A DNA stretch of 64,000 nucleotides from Nemertoderma westbladi (Eukaryota; Animalia; Xenacoelomorpha). Positions 57,830-64,000 of the stretch are shown here, piece after piece. Within the stretch, counting starts at the first letter, position 1. Every line of letters starts with the position of its first letter. A model generated the notes under the pieces. It was not told the DNA's origin and did no database searches. It was given only the letters and a program-made list of their open reading frames with translations. The translations under genes were made by a program, and so were the position numbers. The DNA is taken from NCBI GenBank assembly GCA_032718475.1, contig JAUCBJ010001482.1, forward strand, positions 7,240 to 71,239, given 5' to 3'.

Positions 57830-58406
57830 GTCGTTGTGGACTCATGATCAACCCCTCCAAGTCGGAACTCTTCTTTCTTGGGGAGGAATCTTTGGAGTCC
57901 CGTTTGTCTACCCTATGTAGGTTCTACGAGGTCTGCAAGGGATGTTTATGGGCGCACCAATAGGAGACAACGCCATCGTATCCTGCCTCGATAATAAACT
58001 TACGGACCTCCTGACTACCTCTCCTCGACTCCCATCACGCCTTCTTCCTCCTGCGGTGCTCCTGCTCACTCACCATCCCGCGACTAACGTACTTCTTCCA
58101 AACGGCTCCGTTTTTCGACCTCCTGGGGCTGCTGGAGGTGTATGATTCATCCAGCGGAGCACCCTGCAGGAGATGTCCAACACCCATCTGGACGACTCCG
58201 CGTGGGCTCAATCCCTGCACTGCAGTTTGCCTGCACGTTGCGGGGGTCTTGGATTGACCTCAGCTGTGCAGCTCCGATCTCACCGCTTCCTCCTGCAGAG
58301 ACTGGCTGTTGCCATCCTGGTCGGCAAAGCGGCCTCCATTATGGGGACTGTGGACCCATCACTAACTTACAATGAGGGACTCTACGAGGTGGCCCATGGA
58401 CCCTAG
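57830..58406 (+). pseudogene. CRE-like non-LTR retrotransposon relic, heavily deleted
   Basis: MGAPIG, AWAQ...LPARCGGLGL, FLLQRLAVAILVGKAASIMGT motifs. Confidence 0.7.
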
Positions 58407-60169
58407 TACCCCCTCTCTCCCCCCCCCCCCCCCCCCGACGGAACAGACTAACGTTAGAGACTAACTTACACCCCCCCCCCCTCGCCTTCTTATTTTGTAG
58501 TTATTATACATTATTTATTTATTTTTTTATTATTTACTGGAATACGGTTACGGAAAGGTATATGAGAAAAATGAAATTGACACTTTCTGTTGCGCAAAAT
58601 AAAGTAAGTATGTCATCAATTATCTGCGTGTGAAACATTTTGGGTTGTGGTGCATAGTAATACGGGGGGGTGGGTGAAGTGGGGTGTAAAAGCCTTTGCT
58701 GAATTGCCCCGTTATTTTTATTATCTTTTACATTAAAATACTCTGTAGTTGATTTAATAAGTGTAAGAGACCGTATTATTGCTGTATCGGTGTTTTTAGA
58801 GGATCTAAGACCTATTTCCTCCGTATGTGTACTGTGAAAGGCATATTTTATGATTCTATGGCAATTCGTGACGCAAAGGGGTGATAGCTACTCTTGAACA
58901 GTAGTTACTATGACTACGGTTAACAGCTGACATTCATACGTGTTGATTTCCTTTGTTCTACGGCGTCTCTCAGTTCAGTCAGCCAATTAGAGCGTTTTGT
59001 GGCTCCTTGTACAGAAAATTTCCGAGAAATGACGCAATGCCTATGTGCAGTGTTTACATTCAGTCTTGAGCCAAAGAAAGAACGGCTTGGAAGTATTTTG
59101 TGCTGTACTGCTTTTTAGTCTTACACTAGTAGGTTTAATTATAAAGGGCATATATCCTTTAACTGTAAATATCTCACTGCTGACATACCGGTACTGATGT
59201 ACCGATCTACCTAACTGTTCAGTTGTTGTTTTATACTGCTATTTACCGTCAGTTCTTCATAATATGGTTGATGAATTATTATATTTGGAATAACGATAAA
59301 CAACCCCGAAACCCAATATTCTTGATATACCGAAGGTAAGAGAGAAGGGTTACAGATAAACGATTGTGACTTATGTTAAAGTGGTTTGAAGTGAATCCAA
59401 TGTTATTTGATAGACCCTACATGAGTCAGCCTGTGTTCCTTTTATATGTGACTAAAATCAGTGAAGATTGGCAGATTAGTGTGCAGTATTGTGCAGCATA
59501 GTGTATGAGTGAGTCTGTTAAAGAAGCAATTCCTAAAGAATGCGCCATATATGTGAATTATAATTAAGCCATATCGTTGTGAGTAGTTTAAGTCATAACT
59601 CTGTTTATATAGATAAAGCGCCACGTCCTAAAGGAACTGTTAATATTACCGAAGGTGAATAATATTGTCAGAAATTATATAATACTGTCAGTCGAATAAT
59701 ACATTAGGCTTACATAGCAATAAAAATTAAACCGTCGAACCCAATCTCCCGGGAATATCCAGCGGGTGAATGGTCGCGCACGGATTGGTTTCGACTAGTG
59801 TAGTGAATCAAATACTTGTCATAGACTAAAAGCAGATTTAATATCTAGAAGACATCTTAATTTGGTGGGTTAAACTGCCAAAGGTCTGAAAGCGCGAACA
59901 TTAAAGGATATAGCTTCTTTATTGCAGTAAGCAATAAAGTCGAAAGTACCGGTCGACCGGTAACCAGTAGGCCTGACTGCCTGATCATCCGGACCGGTAC
60001 CTACAGCAGTATTATTCGATTTTGATAATTATATACCAGTAGGCCTTAATAATTAATCAGGGACTGCAGCCCTGGTTTTTTATTGAGATTTTTACTTATT
60101 TCTGTCAAGTTTTATTTGTTTGTAGGCCAGTATTGAACAGAAGGCGTGTAAACCTGATCAGATTGTACA

Positions 60170-60730
60170 GACAATTTGTAGGTTGAGCTGTTGTCTGATT
60201 GCTGTTAAGTCCGAACGAGTTACAGTGTGTGTAGATCACCTGTCCGATTAAGTACGATTAGGAAGTAGGGGCAGCGAACGCAGTGAGGTAAACCCCCAAC
60301 TAAAGAATAAGTCGCACTACTGGGTTAGAGCGCATACTCCCTAATCATTTCGGAGTCTGCATGTCCTGTAGTTTATTTAGGCTTGAGAGTAGTCTGCCAT
60401 CGTTTAGTCTGTACTTTGTTTGTGTAAGTCTGTACGGGTAGCGTATAATATCATTTAGATAATTTGTAGGCTGGATAGTTGTCTGTCTGTTGTTGGGTCT
60501 GAACGGATTGCAGTGTGTGTAGAGCCCTTGTCCGATAAAGAACGGTTGGGAAGTTGGGGTAGCCATTGCTGTAAAGTAAACCCCCAATTAAAGAATAAGT
60601 CGTACTACTGGGTTAGAACGCATACTACCTAACTATTTCGGAGTCTGCATGTCCCTGTAGTTTATTTAGGCTTGATAGTAGTCTGTCAGTATTTAGTCTG
60701 CATTTTTGTTTGAGTGGTTTGTACGCGTAG
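60170..60730. repeat. ~290-bp diverged tandem duplication
   Basis: aatttgtagg...taaagaataagtcg(c/t)actactgggttaga...tttcggagtctgcatgtcc occurs twice. Confidence 0.85.
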
Positions 60731-61679
60731 CGTAATATTTATTATTCAGAGTTTATGCGATTATTCGCAACATTCATTCCCCAAGTTTGTTCCTACAGTA
60801 ATTGTGTTTGTTATACATACCGCTATAGTTAAATTAACCCCGGTACTACACGGGCTGCTCGGCGTAGGTAAAGACTGGTGATTTTGTGCATCGGTCACTC
60901 CAGCAGATGCCGTGGTTCTTTTAGCTGTTCAAGTATATTTAACTACTGATTATTTGTTATACAAGTACTCGTACCTAATTTAGGGTTTAGTGTATAGTAC
61001 TTTCCGAAGTAATTATTGTAGACATTATATCTGTGTTGTAAAGTGGTTGATAGGCACATTCGATTAGCTCTATTAACTTCTAGGTAGGAACACTCCGTGA
61101 TACATAACGTAGAACCTATAGCGATACGGCTATAGGTCGTCAGGCGGTGGTATTTTCCTATCTAGACAACGCAGTGTATTTACTACTACTTATTATTTCA
61201 AATACCGTAGTACCCTGTCCGCTGTAATAATCAGTTTTCTAACCCTTTGTTAGGCTGGTTTGTAGACTTCTTGTAAAATTACCCTAAAAATTCGTATTTT
61301 GTGTTTTTTGTAAATTTTTGCATTTATTTAGAGATTGTAATCTCACCCGAATTGTACGTAATTTGTAGTATTAAGTAACTTAGGTAAATTAGAATTATTT
61401 GTTTTAGTGTCTTATAAGTAACACTTCATTGAAAGCGCACCGCTTTGTGTAGGGATTACTCCCCAGAAATAATAACATTTATTTCAAACATTGACAAAAC
61501 CCACTAAAACGGGTATATATATATTATAAATCAAATCTAACGATTTATAAATCGTAGGCCTACCATACAACCATTAGGTCTCAATATCAGTTGGATTACT
61601 GCTCAAATAACGGTAATAAAGTAAGTAAAGTAACCAAGTAACCCTAAAATTCAGAAATTCAATTATTTAAAATAATTGA

Positions 61680-62045
61680 TATACCGGTATTTACGATAGG
61701 ACTATTATCTTTATTTCTATAAATTTCGGCTGAAATTATACCGGTACTTGTAATTAATTCTAGTTTGTAATTATACTTATATATATACACTATAAGTGTA
61801 AACTGCATACCGGTATTTACGATAGGCCTATTATCTTTATTTCTATAAATTTAGGCTGAAATTATACCGGTACTTGTAATTAATTCTAGTCCAGAATTAT
61901 ATATACTACAAACTGTAAGCTGTATACCGGTATTCCGATAGGCCTATTATATATTTATATATATTTGTGCTAAAATTATACCGGTATTCTGTGATAAACC
62001 TAGTCTGTAATAATAGTTATATATACTATAAGCATACCGGTATTC
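61680..62045. repeat. ~120-bp diverged tandem repeats (3+ copies) upstream of the terminal ORF
   Basis: ataccggtatttacgatagg(a/c)ctattat...aaattataccggta repeated. Confidence 0.8.
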
Positions 62046-62178
62046 TAATATATTATATATCACGCTACACTGAGTAGCAGTACCGGTAATTAATTACTAG
62101 GCTAGCAGTTCATACTGAGTTACTAGACTTGCTTAGACTGTAATATAGCAGTAGGCATTCAACTGTACATACATAGTC

Positions 62179-64000
62179 ATGTCTGATACTAAGCAGAACC
62201 TGTCAGACAGTTTATTAGATGTAACTATCTGCGACTCAGATAGAGACGTACAAACGTCTGGTCGTAAATCCAGTTCACCTCCCACTGTGAGGAAGGTCAT
62301 CCCTCCAGTAGTAATAACAGAACCTAGGCTGGTCCAACATCGTAGGTCTATCATAGGCACCCGAGCTCAGGTCAAGCGGGACCAACAAGCGGCGGAACAG
62401 CAACAACCCGCTAGCCAAGAACTTATTCCTCAGCGGCCCAGCAGCTCCAGTAGTGAGGATACTGTAGAGCTGACACCCGAGAGCGGAGCAGAGATGACGG
62501 ATGCGGTTTATACGGATCCCCTTCTCATCCTTCCTGCAGCCGTGCTCGCTGGGTTATTGATCGCGGTGGAAGAACACCAGATCGATTGGGCGAAAAGTCA
62601 ACGGTCAACTAGAGATAGCTACGCGGGCTACACTAGTGAAGAACTGAAGTCTATTGTCGAGTCGCAATGGAACTTCCCCGGACCCGGACTCCCGTTTGAT
62701 TTATCAGAAGCTGCCTGGGAAGACATACACCGGATGGGAGTAGCCAAGGAAACCATCGATCCAGCTGTATGGAAGAGGTCCGCAGCCGGATACGCCCAGG
62801 GATTCTTCAGCTCTATGGAGCGAGTAGAGAGACAACTGTTTCAACAACCTCAAGGACCTCAAGAGCAGGGATCGCTGCTTTATCAAGTTAGAGAAAGAGT
62901 TTTGCGGATTAGGCTAATCTTATCCGCCTTTGAGGAGGCTTCTAAAAGAAAACAAGACACGTCGTTGCAAGTTGCCGTAAAGACTTGGTTTCAACGGGTG
63001 AGTCGCCAGGTTCAAGGAGCAGCTCAGTGGAAAGCTCAGTTGGAGGAGCGCTCAACCCATGGAGAATCAACAGACGCTACTTTTTCCCAAGTGGAAAGTG
63101 AAGCGACGGCAGAGAAACCGCATAAGAAGGATGCCATTGATATCTATCTGTCAGACTATCAGCGTTTTTTGGGAGATGAAGAGTTGAGGAGAAGGCTAGA
63201 GGGACTTAGCCCTAATAGCGAGGGAGCCAAACTTGTGTTAGATGCGATTGATGTGGATAGGTTAGCGGCGAACCAAGCTAAATTCGATGAACAACTCCGC
63301 ATCGCTAGAGAAAGGGAAGAACAAGTGAGGAAAAAACGTATAGAAGATAGAAAGACAGCAGCAGCGACAGTGGCAGCGGCAGAAGCGGAAAGAAAGGCAG
63401 CAGAGGCAGCGTCAGAGGCAAAAGCGGCAGCTGCAGCAATAAAGGCGGCAGCGGCAGAGGCAAAAGCGGCAGCTGCAGCCGTAGAAGCGGAAAGGAAAGC
63501 GGCAGCGGCAGAGGCAAAAGCGGCAGCTGCAGCCGTAGAAGCGGAAAGGAAAGCGGCAGCGGCAGAGGCAAAAGCGGTAGCGGCCGAAGCGGAAAGAAAG
63601 ATAGCAGTAGCAGAAGCAGAACGGAGGGCCTCTGAGGAGACAACCCAACTAGAGTTGGAAAATCTTCAAGAGAGGCAAGATAACTTTAATAAACAGTTAA
63701 CAGCTAGTAATATGCAGATGATGAATCGATCTACTCCCAAACGACAAGGTTATACATCATCTGAGGAAGGCGATACCACCGATACTGAAGGCAAAGGAAA
63801 TAGATCTCGTCTAAGCAGACGTAAAAGAACATTCCACCGTCAGAAATTGCCTGATTTGCCTCCAGCTGTTAGAAGGCAACTAAGTAACCCCAACTTAGGT
63901 AGTACAGAGCCCACAGACCAAATAATTAAAATAGAAAGACTCCCTACTATAGTAGATGAGCCTGAAATAATTAGGCCTGTTCTTGAAATCACCCCTTCGG
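62179..64000 (+). CDS. Long ORF truncated by the window edge (>600 aa), Ala/Glu/Lys coiled-coil repeat; possibly Gag-like ORF1 of another large retroelement
   Basis: Manual translation from ATG 62179 (MSDTKQNLSDSLLDV...) has no stop up to 64000; AAAAEAKAAAAAVEAERK repeats at ~63350-63620. Not listed in the ORF track, presumably because it lacks a stop. Confidence 0.8.
   Translation, partial: MSDTKQNLSDSLLDVTICDSDRDVQTSGRKSSSPPTVRKVIPPVVITEPRLVQHRRSIIGTRAQVKRDQQAAEQQQPASQELIPQRPSSSSSEDTVELTPESGAEMTDAVYTDPLLILPAAVLAGLLIAVEEHQIDWAKSQRSTRDSYAGYTSEELKSIVESQWNFPGPGLPFDLSEAAWEDIHRMGVAKETIDPAVWKRSAAGYAQGFFSSMERVERQLFQQPQGPQEQGSLLYQVRERVLRIRLILSAFEEASKRKQDTSLQVAVKTWFQRVSRQVQGAAQWKAQLEERSTHGESTDATFSQVESEATAEKPHKKDAIDIYLSDYQRFLGDEELRRRLEGLSPNSEGAKLVLDAIDVDRLAANQAKFDEQLRIAREREEQVRKKRIEDRKTAAATVAAAEAERKAAEAASEAKAAAAAIKAAAAEAKAAAAAVEAERKAAAAEAKAAAAAVEAERKAAAAEAKAVAAEAERKIAVAEAERRASEETTQLELENLQERQDNFNKQLTASNMQMMNRSTPKRQGYTSSEEGDTTDTEGKGNRSRLSRRKRTFHRQKLPDLPPAVRRQLSNPNLGSTEPTDQIIKIERLPTIVDEPEIIRPVLEITPS

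Noticed and set aside
63305-63648. Leu/Pro- and Cys-rich minus-strand ORFs
   Set aside because: Antisense of the Ala-rich repeat in the long plus-strand ORF

Overview
Eukaryotic (metazoan, probably invertebrate) genomic DNA made mostly of nested transposable elements and satellites. There is no prokaryotic operon, rRNA or CRISPR. Main elements: (1) a defective Gypsy/Mag-type LTR element on the minus strand (5007-9731); (2) a piggyBac transposase relic; (3) a very young 14.1-kb BEL/Pao LTR retrotransposon (12177-26290; 537-bp LTRs that look identical, GAGCT TSD). It has a long low-complexity ORF1, an intact-looking Gag-Pol, a hairpin/TTAGAG repeat array, and an extra ORF3 that reads as a DEDD(y)-type 3'-5' exonuclease plus three CCHC knuckles. 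It lacks a canonical tRNA PBS, but its leader base-pairs with its own LTR; (4) 43-, 49- and 41-bp satellites; (5) a spliced host gene resembling the PWWP2A/2B N-terminus (32009-35212); (6) nested hAT, Harbinger, Tc1/pogo and Helitron-type non-autonomous elements; (7) an intact RTE-type LINE with a pseudoknot just before its ATG. It and a second RTE family both insert at the same position of the 41-bp satellite; (8) an intronless ORF for a Cys-rich, probably GPI-anchored protein; (9) Copia, CRE-like and Mag relics; (10) a >600-codon ORF that runs off the right edge. All family calls come from motifs recognised by eye; no database search was run.
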